Shown here: one piece after another, positions 52,250 to 63,269 of the stretch | Numbering within the stretch: the first letter of the stretch is position 1 | Layout of the letters: each line of letters opens with the position of its first letter | DNA from: Candidatus Poribacteria bacterium | GTDB lineage: Bacteria > Poribacteria > WGA-4E > PCPOR2b | Length of the DNA: 64,000 bases | Assembly: GCA_965215015.1 (NCBI GenBank) | Contig: OZ244042.1 | Location: 4,608,001-4,672,000 of the forward strand | Direction of reading: 5' to 3' | Made by a program: the position numbers and the translations under genes | Notes under the pieces: generated by a model | What the model was told of the DNA's origin: nothing | The model's database searches: none | Seen by the model: only the letters and a program-made list of their open reading frames with translations

Positions 52250-53278
52250 TTATTCCGGCTGGAGGCAAACCTTGCCAAAGTTTTTCCGCGCTTCTATGAT
52301 TCGATGTGCCTCCGCTGCTGCTTGTAACGGCAATACTTGAGCGATAATCGGCGTCAACTTTCCCTGCTCGGCAAGACGGATAATGGTCCGAAGCTCAGAG
52401 GTCGTCCCCAGTGCCGATCCCATTAGTGTCAACTGCTTCTGGTACATTTTGCGGATGTTAATCTCGCCGATATCCCCCGTCGTGACACCGCACGAAACAA
52501 GGCGTCCTTTTTTCGCGAGGCTTGCTACACTCTGATCCCATGTCGCTGCCCCAACATGCTCAAGGACAACGTCAACCCCTCGTCCGCCTGTCGCATCCTG
52601 AACGGCTTCGCTGAAATCGGTTTGCATGTAGTTGATTGTGAAATCGGCTCCCATCTGACGGGCACGTTCCAGTTTTTCATCGGTACTCGCGGTCGCAAAG
52701 ACGCGTGCACCGCACAGTTTGGCAATTTGTAAGCCAGCACTCCCAACACCGCTACCAGCGGATAAGACCAGCACATCATCACCGGGACGGATTTGCGCCC
52801 GCGTCACAAGCATGTGCCATGCCGTAAGGTAGGCGATTGGGAGGGCGGCAGCATTAACGTATGAAAGATCGGCGGAAATCTGAATGGCGTTTTTAGCGGG
52901 TGCTTTCACATATTCCGCATAACCGCCGTTGGTCTGAAAGCCCAAAATCTCCTGAAAGTCGCACATATTTTCGTCGCCATTGAGGCAATCCGGGCACTGT
53001 TCGCAAGGGATGCAGGGCGAGAGTAGCACCCAATCGCCGACAGCGACGTTGTGGACTTCCGTTCCGACTTCGACCACCTCCCCGGAGATGTCAGATCCGA
53101 GGATGTGTGGAAACGGCTGTACCTCCGGACGATCCCGTCGAGCGCGGATATCGAGTTGGTTTACCGCACACACCTTGACTTGGACCAACACTTCTGAGGG
53201 TGTAATGACCGGGACCGGGACTTCTTCGTAACGGAGTTTATCAATTCCGCCCTGTTCGTGGAAAATGATCGCTTTCAT
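52250..53278 (-). CDS. Zinc-binding alcohol dehydrogenase family (MDR)
   Basis: CEQCPDCLNGDENMC, AGSGVG, NFGKVCL. Confidence 0.9.
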   Translation of the reverse strand: MKAIIFHEQGGIDKLRYEEVPVPVITPSEVLVQVKVCAVNQLDIRARRDRPEVQPFPHILGSDISGEVVEVGTEVHNVAVGDWVLLSPCIPCEQCPDCLNGDENMCDFQEILGFQTNGGYAEYVKAPAKNAIQISADLSYVNAAALPIAYLTAWHMLVTRAQIRPGDDVLVLSAGSGVGSAGLQIAKLCGARVFATASTDEKLERARQMGADFTINYMQTDFSEAVQDATGGRGVDVVLEHVGAATWDQSVASLAKKGRLVSCGVTTGDIGEINIRKMYQKQLTLMGSALGTTSELRTIIRLAEQGKLTPIIAQVLPLQAAAEAHRIIEARKNFGKVCLQPE

Positions 53279-53363
53279 GGAGCTCCTTCGCCCTAACAAT
53301 TCCAAACACCATGAAGAATAAACGTATCGAAGGTTTTTATCTTCTCATGAAATTATGAGTTCA

Positions 53364-53699
53364 TCAGTTTGTCTCATCAAAAAACCCCGTCTGAGTAGCA
53401 TCTTTATCGATGTTTTGACCAGAACTCAGTTTCTCACGACGTTTTATAATCTTCTGTTCACTTCCCTTGATTCTTTCCAAAGAAAAATCATGGGGATTTT
53501 CAAGCCTTTCTTTAATAAGTTGGCAGTGTTCCTTATCAAGTTCGCAGCCAATCCATCTTCTGTTATATCGCTCACAAACAATATAAGTTGTTCCTGAACC
53601 TCCAAAGGGATTGATCACCCAATCACCCTCATTACTGGACGCTAAGACAAATTTCCTGACCAGTTCTTTTGGTTTTCGGGTCGGGTGTACTGTCTTTTC
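53364..53699 (-). pseudogene. C-terminal fragment of a beta-class N4/N6 DNA methyltransferase
   Basis: EKTVHPTRKPKELV...SSNEGDWVINPFGGSGTT...RRWIGCEL. No start codon and no motif IV region. Confidence 0.75.
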
Positions 53700-53708
53700 T
53701 TATTATGA

Positions 53709-54524
53709 TTAACCGTACGCTCCATGCTCAAGGAACCCTAGCAATCGTCGTAACCTCGGATTGGCGTCTTTGTAGATGTGTTCTGGCATGTTGTAGTTCA
53801 TGAACGGATAATATTTATGTCCAATCATGCGGCGGGCGTAGGTAACCTGTGTAATATAGCGGATTCGATTGCTGCGATTAAGTCCCCCATGATGCCACAC
53901 CTGATTGTTGAACATGACGACACTTCCCGCTTTGCCCAAATTATACTGAATCTTGCTCTCCCACTCTGTTCCTTCAATTTCAGGGGGTGGACCCATACCG
54001 AACAAATGGGAGCCGGGAATCACCTCGGTGCCGCCGTATTTGATCTCGGTGACATCCGTCAGATAGTAGTTTGCGGTGAAAAACATGACCGACAAGCGGA
54101 TATTTTTCGGTGGTTTGCCATCTGTAACAGTGAAATGGGGAGCATCATCTTGATGCCATTGTGTTATACCACCACCCGGAAAACTCTGGAATGAGTTGTT
54201 GTGGATGACGTGGCAATTCGGAGCAATAAGGGCTTCGGCGAAGCTAACAATAGGCTCTAAGTCAAATAGCTTGAGGTTGGTTTCGCTGGTCTCAAACAGC
54301 CGGTGGGCGAGTGCGGTGCGCTCATTTACACCATTGAGACCGTTGGGATTTTCTTTTAACGCCCAATCCAAGTCTTCGCGCATCTGGGCACACCAATCTG
54401 GTGGGAGCACATTTTGCAAAAACAGAAAGCCGTCCCGGTGGAATTGATCCACCCATTCCTGAATCTGTGCTTCGTTCACAATTTGATTGGCTAAATAGTT
54501 TCCATTTTCTGCAGTTTGGCTCAT
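53709..54524 (-). CDS. Phytanoyl-CoA dioxygenase (PhyH) family
   Basis: FHRDGFL, WHQDD, IPGSH, WHHGGLN. Confidence 0.9.
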   Translation of the reverse strand: MSQTAENGNYLANQIVNEAQIQEWVDQFHRDGFLFLQNVLPPDWCAQMREDLDWALKENPNGLNGVNERTALAHRLFETSETNLKLFDLEPIVSFAEALIAPNCHVIHNNSFQSFPGGGITQWHQDDAPHFTVTDGKPPKNIRLSVMFFTANYYLTDVTEIKYGGTEVIPGSHLFGMGPPPEIEGTEWESKIQYNLGKAGSVVMFNNQVWHHGGLNRSNRIRYITQVTYARRMIGHKYYPFMNYNMPEHIYKDANPRLRRLLGFLEHGAYG

Positions 54525-54663
54525 AAGCGATCTCCTTGTGAAATGTGGAATATAGCACCTAAACGAGTATGGTATACCGGCACTAGCCGTTTGTCAATAT
54601 CAAATTCCGTTGATGGAGGGACCTCCGATATCCATTTGCACACGCTTAGACAAATAATCCTCA

Positions 54664-55823
54664 CTACAATTGCACCGAAATAATCTCGCTATCCCGCAAC
54701 GGTTCTGGCAGATCGTCCGGGAAACTCCCAATCTCCCGGAAATCAGGCACAGGCAGCGGAATCCCACCCTGATTGATTGATGCTTCCGAAACCAACCCTG
54801 GCACCGTCATGTCAAGGGATTCGTAAACATCAATTGAGGGCTTTGTGTCCTCAATAATTGAATCGACAAACTCGCGGATCTCGAAATAATCGCCACCGCC
54901 GTGTCCAGCGCGTAGGGCCTCTTCCGGCGGATTGCGCCACATCTCTGGCATAAACTCCTCCTCGAAATCCCACAACGAGCACCACTCCATTTTCTCAGCA
55001 TAGTCCGCCAACCAGATCTTCGGGGCATCTCCAAAGCCGCGGGGTGCCTCATAACAACCCTGTGTTCCTTGCAAGCTGTAATAGGTGAGATTGTGGGGAC
55101 GATTGGACAGCATATCAACCCGGATTTCGATCAACCCGCCATTTGTCGTCTTGCACATCATCGTCGTACTATCTTCGTTTTCGTAATGCACACCGCGTGG
55201 ATCGCGATAATGGTGCCCTGTGCCGAAACAGGAGACGGTACAGACGCGCTCATCAAACCATTGCAACACAGGACCGAGACTATGCGTCGGATACGTTGAA
55301 CCGTTGCGTCCGGTTTGCCATTTGCGCCGCCACTTCGTTCTTTCATTACCTGCCTTCAGCTCGTGGATATACGCGCCTTCACCGAAGTAAATCTCGCCAA
55401 ACAGGCCGCGCCGAGCAAGTTCGCGCACCAATACATTCGGCTTCATATAGGTATAGTTCTCCGCCATCATATACTTTTTCCCACTCTCTTTGACCGCATT
55501 GACGAGGTGCCAACACTGCTCAAGATCTGTTGCGGCAGGAACTTCGGAGAGACGTGCTTTCCTTCCGAAAGCGCAATGACAGCTTGGGGCACATGCAAAG
55601 GCATCGGTGTCGAGACAAGGATTACATCAAGGTCTGACTTCGCCATCTTCTCAAAGTCCGTGTATCGCTCCTCAACCCCATGCTGATTGCCTACCTGATT
55701 GAGGATTTCGTTATTAATATCACAAATGGCAACGAGGGCAGTTTCATTCACAGTTTGGAATGCCCGGATAAACCCTGAGCCACGGGGGACTCCCACCAAA
55801 CCGACTTTCAATTCGCTTGTCAT
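54664..55823 (-). pseudogene. Gfo/Idh/MocA oxidoreductase split by a 1-nt deletion
   Basis: GKHV|(L)SEVPAATDLEQCW..MMAENY; the frame changes at about 55550. Confidence 0.75.
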
Positions 55824-55880
55824 AGACTTATCTTTCTGGTTGCATGTAGTTGATGGATACCTTTGGAGGTTGATGTTTTT

Positions 55881-56360
55881 TTATTCGTCCGACTCTTCCT
55901 CTTCCTGCTCGTATACCAACGGCTTTCCCACGATTCGTGCTAATTCAGTTCCCTGTATTTCCACTGGATTTAGCGGATATGAATGGGTAACGGACAGTCG
56001 TGAACCATCGACGAGAAACAAGTAAAGATGCCAGATTTTAATGAATTTCCCGCGATTTCCAATTCTCACAGAGCGAATCCCGGAAAATGGCAACGGCCGT
56101 TCCCGAAAAAAAAGAAGCAGGATACGCCGCCGCCATAGAATATCGCGCTGCGGAAGCCGGATGTTAATCCGCAGGGTATAGGTTAAGAGATGCACACCGA
56201 TGAGTAAGCAGGGCACAGCAATCCATATCCGGTCGTCCGCCTTGAACGTGAACATGAGCAATCCAGCCGCTGTAAACCAAATCAGGCTAGAAAGTCGGGA
56301 GGCGAGGCTGCGTTTGAGAATAATTGTGTCTGGATTGGGGCGTTTTAAGATAAGAGCCAT
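55881..56360 (-). CDS. Hypothetical membrane protein
   Basis: Two TM segments followed by a soluble domain. Confidence 0.6.
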   Translation of the reverse strand: MALILKRPNPDTIILKRSLASRLSSLIWFTAAGLLMFTFKADDRIWIAVPCLLIGVHLLTYTLRINIRLPQRDILWRRRILLLFFRERPLPFSGIRSVRIGNRGKFIKIWHLYLFLVDGSRLSVTHSYPLNPVEIQGTELARIVGKPLVYEQEEEESDE

Positions 56361-56496
56361 AGGCGAAACTCATACTAACCGTTGGTTCTAGTTTGCAACT
56401 GTTGATACGGGCTCCACGAGAGTGAAACATGATGCGTAAGTTAGTTCATTCAGATGGGTGGTGGACTTCACCGCATCCCTATTGGCCTTGATAGGG

Positions 56497-56788
56497 TAGG
56501 ACTTACACAGTTGAAGGCTCAATACTAACACCAGAAAAGGGAGCGCAATGGTCATCGTGGGTTGAAAACACCCGGACTATAGCGCAATGTGCCGGGCGGA
56601 TGGAGCCGGGATTATCGCCCCATAGTATCTGGTATTCTATGGCACTAGAATCATGGTATCCTCGACGATTCATCGCCACAGAACACAATTTCCAACGCCC
56701 GATGAATCGGGGGTCTATAGCGGGAGAACCACCAGGGATCCCGTAAGGCACACAGATCGGTGTGCCTTACTGAAGAGCGTAACTCCTA
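56497..56788. mobile_element. MITE-like element of the TAGGACTTAC(G/A)CA family
   Basis: TAGGACTTACACAGTTGAA...ACTGAAGAGCGTAACTCCTA; shares AAAACACCCGGACTATAGCGCAATGT with the 25330 element. Confidence 0.55.
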
Positions 56789-56942
56789 TAGAGGTTGGCT
56801 TTGAGTCATTCAACCTAACCTACACTACTGGTCGAGATAGGAAGCCCAACCTACGGGAATGATGTTGGGTTTCACGGTGCCCGTTCAACCCAACCTGCAT
56901 CTTGTACGGCAACGTTACCAGCGATCCGTCCAATTCCGTTTG

Positions 56943-57326
56943 CTACACTTCAACCTTGTAGTTTAGTTCAATTTCATCGCCCGGCATACCGCGGAACCCC
57001 CAATTGTGCTTAGGTGTCTCGGTGATTGTGATTTCAAGGTCTTGTGGGAGAATATTCAGCTGTTGGTGAACCCTTTCAAAAAGCAGGCGAATCAGGTTTT
57101 TCTTCGTTTCTACAGATCGACCTTCAAACATACTAATCTCGATAATCGTATACTTTGTTGTGCGTCCACTGGGATAATAGAAATCGGAGGGGTCTAGCGG
57201 AAAGAAGCGGTGGGCTCTTTTATCCTGCGGAAAATGCAAGGCATCAACCACACACGAATGAATCACATCGGAGAGCTTCGCTTTGATAGGGCCAAGGTTC
57301 TCTTTGAATCCTTTAATCTGCGACAT
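56943..57326 (-). CDS. Tautomerase family protein
   Basis: IEISMFEGRSVETKK...EITITETPKHNWGFRG. Confidence 0.85.
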   Translation of the reverse strand: MSQIKGFKENLGPIKAKLSDVIHSCVVDALHFPQDKRAHRFFPLDPSDFYYPSGRTTKYTIIEISMFEGRSVETKKNLIRLLFERVHQQLNILPQDLEITITETPKHNWGFRGMPGDEIELNYKVEV

Positions 57327-57345
57327 TACGTTTCCTTTTAGCGAG

Positions 57346-58203
57346 TTAGGCTGTCAAAATCTCGACACCGGTTTCCGTCACACGCACGGTATGCTCCCAT
57401 TGAGCTGACAACGAACCATCAACAGTAACGACCGTCCAGCCATCTGACAGTGTCGTGCATTCGCAGCGGCCGGCGTTAATCATCGGCTCAATTGTAAACA
57501 CCATGTTCGGTACCATCTGGGGACCGTCGTTTCTTCTGCCGTAGTGGGGTACCTGAGGGGCCTCCCAGAACTCTAAACCGGTGCCGTGCCCACACAATTC
57601 ACGCACAACAGAATATCCCCGACTTTCAGCATGTTGCTGGATTGTGTAGCCGATATTCCCAATCCTGGTGCCGGGGCTCACTACATCAATACCAAGGTAC
57701 ATGCACGCTTTGGTTTCCTCGATCAGCATCAGAGCTGCCTCTGACACTTCACCAATCACGAACATACGGCTGGTATCGCCAAAATATCCATCTAGAATTG
57801 GAGTGACATCAACGTTGATGATATCCCCGCTCCTCAAGACCGTATCATCGGGAATTCCGTGACAAATGACATTGTTGATCGAAGTACAGCAGCTTTTATT
57901 GAATCCCTTTACATCGAGGGTCGCAGGATAGCCCCCGTGGTCGCATGTGTATTCGTAGACCCATCGGTCAATGTCATTGGTTGTGACACCAGCTTCAATG
58001 CGCCTTTCCAGCATGTCCAAAGTTTTCCGCGCCAATTGACTGCTTCGGCGAATACCTTCAATCTGTTCCTCAGTCTTGATAATAATCCTTGAAGTCATTC
58101 GTGGTTGAGATGTGCTTGATTTTTTATCCTGCTTGAGATGGCAATTTTTATATCTTTTGCCACTCCCACACCAGCAGGGTTCATTTCGTGATAGTTTTCT
58201 CAT
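57346..58203 (-). CDS. map: Type I methionine aminopeptidase with N-terminal SEC-C zinc motif
   Basis: RNEPCWCGSGKRYKNCH; CHGIP, DVT..DGYFGD, GHGTG, TIEPM, AQWEHT. Confidence 0.95.
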   Translation of the reverse strand: MRKLSRNEPCWCGSGKRYKNCHLKQDKKSSTSQPRMTSRIIIKTEEQIEGIRRSSQLARKTLDMLERRIEAGVTTNDIDRWVYEYTCDHGGYPATLDVKGFNKSCCTSINNVICHGIPDDTVLRSGDIINVDVTPILDGYFGDTSRMFVIGEVSEAALMLIEETKACMYLGIDVVSPGTRIGNIGYTIQQHAESRGYSVVRELCGHGTGLEFWEAPQVPHYGRRNDGPQMVPNMVFTIEPMINAGRCECTTLSDGWTVVTVDGSLSAQWEHTVRVTETGVEILTA

Positions 58204-58282
58204 TAGTTTTACGATTTTGCTCAGATCCTGTTCGGAAAAGAACGGTTAATCTCGTCGTGGTGAAAGGTTGTGGATTATCTAT

Positions 58283-59044
58283 CTACCACGTCTCGAAATC
58301 CCTGATGCAGGCGACAACCTCACCAGTGATGGCGTTAAGCAAGGATTCTCCCTTTTCCGGCGTGGCGTATTGAGGTTCCCCCATTGCTCCAGTAGGTGCC
58401 CACGTGACCAGTCGCTTGGCGACATTGATGCGTCCACCGTGCTCGCTGTGGAAAAACGGTGAATCTACTAGCGGCGGACTGGACGTCACCCGGTCCATCC
58501 GCATTATCTCGCCGTGCAGGAACAACATCATTGAGGTTTCGTACTCACAGGCATGCGTCAGATGGGGCGTCTCCATCCCGTGAAGTTCTGGTGCCATCGC
58601 CGGTTCAGCCACCGTCCAATAAGAGGACAACGCAATCCACATATTGTCATAAACATCCGATTCGTTCGCCAGTTCTGTGATTGCTTGCGTGCCAGGGACT
58701 ACATTTCCCCCGTGACCGTTGAGTAAAAACACACGCTGAAATCCCGCCTTGGCGATAGATCTGACGATGTTCTTGATCATCAGTGTGTAAATGTGATTGG
58801 GGACGCTCACAGTGCCAGGGCGATCTAGATGATGATCTGACGCACCAAGCCATAACGTCGGCAGCAGATAGATCCGCTCACTGAGTTGTTGTTCGATTCG
58901 TTGTGCCACTGCGGTTACAAGATAGGTATCTGTCAGCAGTGGAGAGTGATGACCATGCTGCTCTAGCGATCCGAGCGGAAGAACGACGACCTTATTTTTA
59001 TCTGCTTCCTGAATATCAACCCAGCAGTTGTTTCCATATTGCAT
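58283..59044 (-). CDS. Creatininase family amidohydrolase
   Basis: PLGSLEQHGHH..TD, NGHGGN, HACEYETS. Confidence 0.9.
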   Translation of the reverse strand: MQYGNNCWVDIQEADKNKVVVLPLGSLEQHGHHSPLLTDTYLVTAVAQRIEQQLSERIYLLPTLWLGASDHHLDRPGTVSVPNHIYTLMIKNIVRSIAKAGFQRVFLLNGHGGNVVPGTQAITELANESDVYDNMWIALSSYWTVAEPAMAPELHGMETPHLTHACEYETSMMLFLHGEIMRMDRVTSSPPLVDSPFFHSEHGGRINVAKRLVTWAPTGAMGEPQYATPEKGESLLNAITGEVVACIRDFETW

Positions 59045-59148
59045 ATCAATTTGTTCTCCTAAATGTAGTCCCTGCTTTACAATTTATATTTCATACCGAT
59101 ACTATATGGTGGTTAAATGGTGGTTAAGAAGTTCATAGCACAGTCTTA

Positions 59149-60372
59149 TCAAACACACAACCGATCCAAAGCCTCCGCCAGTCGGTCTATCCCTGTGTTG
59201 ATTGTTTCGAGACTAACCGCATAAGCAAACCGAAGATGCCCGGGCCTCTGAAACTTGCTCCCCGGCACTGTTACGACATTTGCGCTCTTAATTAAGTAGA
59301 GTGCTAACGCTTCGTCCGTGTCGAGGAGTTGTCCTTTCGGTGTCCGACGACCACAGTAGAGGCGCATATCGGGGAAAAAATAGAACGCGCCCGATGGACG
59401 ATCCCAAACTGTATCCTTCACTAGTTCGCTAAAGCGTTTCATCAAAGCATCTCGCCGCACACAAAGTGCATCCCGGATTTGGTATCGTAGGCGCAGATCT
59501 GCATCTTTCCGTAGAAAATGTGCGTACCCCTTTTGTGTAGGTAAGTTGACGCACGAGGATGTATTTCCCTCAACATTTGCTATTACCCCCATCACCGCTT
59601 CCGGTCCTGCAATAAATCCCAAGCGAAGCCCTGTGCCTGAAACCTCTTTGGACATGCCCCCAATGAGCAGGGTCTGATTGGGAAGGTATGACGCAATACT
59701 CACATGTTCGAGACCATCATAGACAACGGTACGGTAAACTTCATCAGACAAAACACAGATCTGTTCGTGCTTTCCAATGATTTCGGCAAGTTCTTGTAAT
59801 AATGAAGGCGGATAGACTGTCCCGGTTGGATTATTTGGCGAATTTAGTACGATCAGCGCAATCGTATCATCTTGGTTCAGAAGGTCTGCTAATTGATTGG
59901 GATCCGGCAGGAAATGTGCATCGGTCTCCAAGACAATCGGTGGTTTACCCGTCAACAGGATAGGGAGATTCTCGTACGATTCGTAGGTTGGGGCAAACGC
60001 GACCAATCGATTCCGGCGAGAACTCGGATTCAGCATGGTTACACAGACTTTGAAGACCGCATCTTTGGGTCCAGGGCAAACGACAATCTCCGATGGGGAA
60101 TAGTTTAACCCGAACAGACAAAGATCTGCATGAATGGCTTCGAGCAATTTTGAATCGCCTGCCGCTGGAGAATAATGCGTCGCATCATCCATTACGGCTT
60201 GAGAAATCGCGATTTTCAAGAGGTGAGGCACCGGAAGCTCTGGGTTCATTTCACCAATTCCGAAATCGTAAATCTGTTTTCCTTCCAACCTCGATCTATC
60301 CGCTATCGCCTTGATTTCCAGCGTCGGCGATAATTTTATCTGTTGCGCCCAAGTTGATGGCATTAAACCCAT
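59149..60372 (-). CDS. Class I/II PLP aminotransferase (aspartate aminotransferase-like)
   Basis: NSPNNPTG, SDEVY, MSKE.SGTGLRLG. Confidence 0.9.
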   Translation of the reverse strand: MGLMPSTWAQQIKLSPTLEIKAIADRSRLEGKQIYDFGIGEMNPELPVPHLLKIAISQAVMDDATHYSPAAGDSKLLEAIHADLCLFGLNYSPSEIVVCPGPKDAVFKVCVTMLNPSSRRNRLVAFAPTYESYENLPILLTGKPPIVLETDAHFLPDPNQLADLLNQDDTIALIVLNSPNNPTGTVYPPSLLQELAEIIGKHEQICVLSDEVYRTVVYDGLEHVSIASYLPNQTLLIGGMSKEVSGTGLRLGFIAGPEAVMGVIANVEGNTSSCVNLPTQKGYAHFLRKDADLRLRYQIRDALCVRRDALMKRFSELVKDTVWDRPSGAFYFFPDMRLYCGRRTPKGQLLDTDEALALYLIKSANVVTVPGSKFQRPGHLRFAYAVSLETINTGIDRLAEALDRLCV

Positions 60373-60634
60373 AGAAGGATTCCCTCGTGATTTGTGAGAT
60401 GATGTATTGATGAGTTCACAGTACCCGAAACCAATCGAAATAATAGCATGAATCGTACAAGGGCGTCAATCCCAAACTGCTACTGGTTTAGGGCAACCAC
60501 ATGTGAATATTACGCTTGACAAAGGTCAGCCAAGTTGGGAGTTGCCAACAAGCAGCTGAAAGCCCCATGGGACACCGATGACTTGACCACTTTTTTCCAT
60601 CAATCCGTTGAGTTGATCACCGATCAAAAAAACA

Positions 60635-60663
60635 TTGACAGTCGAAAAACGAAAGACTATACT
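60635..60663 (+). promoter_or_regulatory. Sigma70 promoter of argC
   Basis: TTGACA-N17-TATACT. Confidence 0.7.
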
Positions 60664-60728
60664 GATAGCAAAGGTTCATCTCATTATCCAACCGTTCCTG
60701 AATCAGAATTAACAAAAGGAGGCAGATT

Positions 60729-61700
60729 ATGTACAGAATCGGAATATTCGGGGACACCGGCATGGTGGGTCAAGAGATTGAAAAAGTCTTAGAAAATCAC
60801 GATCAGGTTGAAATCTGCTTCAGGAAAAATTCAAGAAGAGAAGAAGGAGCGTTGAACTCCTGCGAGCTGGTCTTTCTTGCGACGAAAGATCCAGAATCAA
60901 TGACGTATGCACCACCAATCTTTGAGCTTGGAAAGAAAGTGATTGATATGAGTGGTGCATTCAGATTTCCTAGAGAGGAATTTGAGGGAGAGTACGCGCC
61001 GCGAGTTGGACTGAACCCTTATGAGTCAGCGGATTATGTTCCAGAATTGCTAGCGGAAGCCGTTTATGGGATGCCAGCACTACTGCAAGATCAGATCGCT
61101 CAAGCAAGGTTAGTAGGGAATCCGGGCTGTTACCCTACAAGCGTTGTTCTGGCTTTAAGACCGCTTAAAGGGCTTGTCCAAGGCGAAGCGACAATTGTAG
61201 CAACTTCAGGAATTTCCGGTGCCCGAAAAGAGGTTGAAAAGGCACCCAATGAGATTACGTACGCTTACGGCAGAAGGCACAAGCACGTTCCGGAGATGGA
61301 GCTATATTCTAGTTTTCGTGTGAATTTTACCCCCATTGTCCTCCAGTCTATTTTTAGGGGAATCAACACGAACATCAGGGTTGAATTGGCAGAGCCGCTA
61401 AAAAATCTATCTGAGGAAGCAGCGGTTGAACAGTTGAGTCAGACTATCCGAAATGTCTACCAACCGGAGGATCTGGTATTTATCGTGGAAGATACCGCTG
61501 ATAAACAGTGGGGCACGCGCGATATTGCCGATACGCATAAACTCCTCGTCAAAATCAGGGTTGATGAAGGGTTTGCCTATATCTGTTCCCTTGAGGACAA
61601 TCTTGGAAAAGGTGCTGCCAGCCAAGCAGTTGAAAACATGAATATTATGCTCGGACTGCCCCGGCTGTATGGTATTGACCCGGTTTATAGTACGAGTTGA
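60729..61700 (+). CDS. argC: N-acetyl-gamma-glutamyl-phosphate reductase
   Basis: IDMSGAFR, NPGCYPTS, SGISGA, HKHVPE, DNLGKGAASQAVENMN. Confidence 0.92.
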   Translation: MYRIGIFGDTGMVGQEIEKVLENHDQVEICFRKNSRREEGALNSCELVFLATKDPESMTYAPPIFELGKKVIDMSGAFRFPREEFEGEYAPRVGLNPYESADYVPELLAEAVYGMPALLQDQIAQARLVGNPGCYPTSVVLALRPLKGLVQGEATIVATSGISGARKEVEKAPNEITYAYGRRHKHVPEMELYSSFRVNFTPIVLQSIFRGINTNIRVELAEPLKNLSEEAAVEQLSQTIRNVYQPEDLVFIVEDTADKQWGTRDIADTHKLLVKIRVDEGFAYICSLEDNLGKGAASQAVENMNIMLGLPRLYGIDPVYSTS

Positions 61701-61838
61701 ATTAGGTGTGCAAATTAACCTCCACAAGCAGGGAACTATGCAGATACACATAGGGAGGGCTCGGCGGCTTCAATTGATGGTACTGGTGCTGTTCCAATCC
61801 CACCGGGGGCCTGTGCTCCAAACCTGAATATCATTCCA

Positions 61839-62267
61839 ATGACCATCCCTGTCGAACATATCCCTCCACCCCCGTATCAGATGGCTTCCGACCCGTATCG
61901 CCCCTTATACCATTTTTCGGCACCGGCAAATTATCTGGAGGATCCGAATGGCACAATCTACTGGAAGGGCAAGTACCATCTCTTTTACAAGTACAACCCT
62001 GATGGTGCTTTCGATGATTCCAAGCAGATGCATTGGGGACATGCTGTCAGCGAAGACTTGGTGCACTGGCGTGATCTCCCCATCGCGCTGTCACCGACTC
62101 CGGTCGGTCCCGACCGGCGCGGTTGCCGGAGGGGGGGTGCAGCGGTAATTCAAGTTTTACTTGATGCCGGTACGGACAAAACTATCAAGACTGTCAACGG
62201 TGATACTCCAGCCGACTATGCACAACGTCGTGAGCGACCGGAGGAGATTATTCGCCTGCTTCAATGA
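61839..62267 (+). pseudogene. Chimera of a GH32 N-terminal fragment and an ankyrin C-terminal fragment
   Basis: RPLYHF...YLEDPNG...YHLFY...[12 protein letters not shown], then [22 protein letters not shown]. Confidence 0.7.
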
Positions 62268-62334
62268 GTATAGGGAGTTTTCCAAAACTGACCAAGATGT
62301 TGATTGATAGTGCAAATTGTCAAAGGAGAGTTTA

Positions 62335-63240
62335 ATGGCCCCAAACAGTTATCGTGGTATATTCACCATCCCATCCACGCCCTTCCGAGAGAACGGAGAG
62401 GTTGATGTCCCCAGTTTCCAACGCATGATCGATTTTTGTATCGAGTGTCGGTCACACGGCTTGGTTTATCCTGTGAACGCTAGTGAGTTTACCGCCCTTA
62501 GCGATGCAGAGCGGTTTCAGTTGTCGGAGGTGCTCGTCAAGCAGAATGCCTGTCAATTGCCAGTGATTATTGGCGTCGCGGGAGTAGCGCAGGAGGTCGC
62601 GGGCCGGTTCGCCAAACACGCCCACGATATTGGTGCAGATGGTGTTATCGCTATGCCGCCGTACATCCATCATATTTCTGAGAGCCTCGTCTTTGAATAT
62701 TACCAAATAATCTCAGATGCAGCGCAAATGCCGGTTTTCATCCAGAACAATATGCCGCCTATCGGGTCAAATCTGTCGGCAGAGTGTTTGCTCAAACTCT
62801 GTAGGGAAATTGAGCATATCGAATATATCAAAGAGGAAACGCTACCTAGCACGACAAAACTGACCGCTGTGATGGAAGGAAACGATGGTTCATGCAAGGG
62901 CGTATTCGGTGGGGCAGGCGGACGCTATCTGATTGAGGAATATAGACGCGGGAGTGCAGGGCAGATGCCAGCCAGCCATGTCACTGATGTCGTGGTCGGA
63001 TTATGGGACGCCTTAGAGGCGGGCGATGAAGAACGGTCAACCCACATTTACAAAGAGTTGGCACCGCTGTTTTTCTTTGAACATCAACTCCCCGGCTGTT
63101 ACAAGGAGGTCCTATATCGGCGTGGGATTATCGATTGTCCGCTCAAGCGTAATGGAAAGATGCCGTTAGACGAGGTCGCCTCAAAATACTTGGATGAAAT
63201 TCTCGCAAGGCTTGAACCGCTGATGACTTGGAAGATATAG
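62335..63240 (+). CDS. DapA/NanA (dihydrodipicolinate synthase) family aldolase
   Basis: TPF...G.VD, ASEFTALS, MPPY, YIKEE. Confidence 0.88.
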   Translation: MAPNSYRGIFTIPSTPFRENGEVDVPSFQRMIDFCIECRSHGLVYPVNASEFTALSDAERFQLSEVLVKQNACQLPVIIGVAGVAQEVAGRFAKHAHDIGADGVIAMPPYIHHISESLVFEYYQIISDAAQMPVFIQNNMPPIGSNLSAECLLKLCREIEHIEYIKEETLPSTTKLTAVMEGNDGSCKGVFGGAGGRYLIEEYRRGSAGQMPASHVTDVVVGLWDALEAGDEERSTHIYKELAPLFFFEHQLPGCYKEVLYRRGIIDCPLKRNGKMPLDEVASKYLDEILARLEPLMTWKI

Positions 63241-63269
63241 CCATAGCGCGTGATGCAGCAGAAAGCGAA

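Noticed and set aside
57346-58203. SEC-C fusion to MetAP as a novelty
   Set aside because: Already a known architecture in several bacterial groups.
60523-60597. Possible riboswitch or sRNA upstream of argC (GGTCA...TGACC then T6)
   Set aside because: Weak pairing, no recognisable aptamer, and it lies upstream of the better argC promoter.
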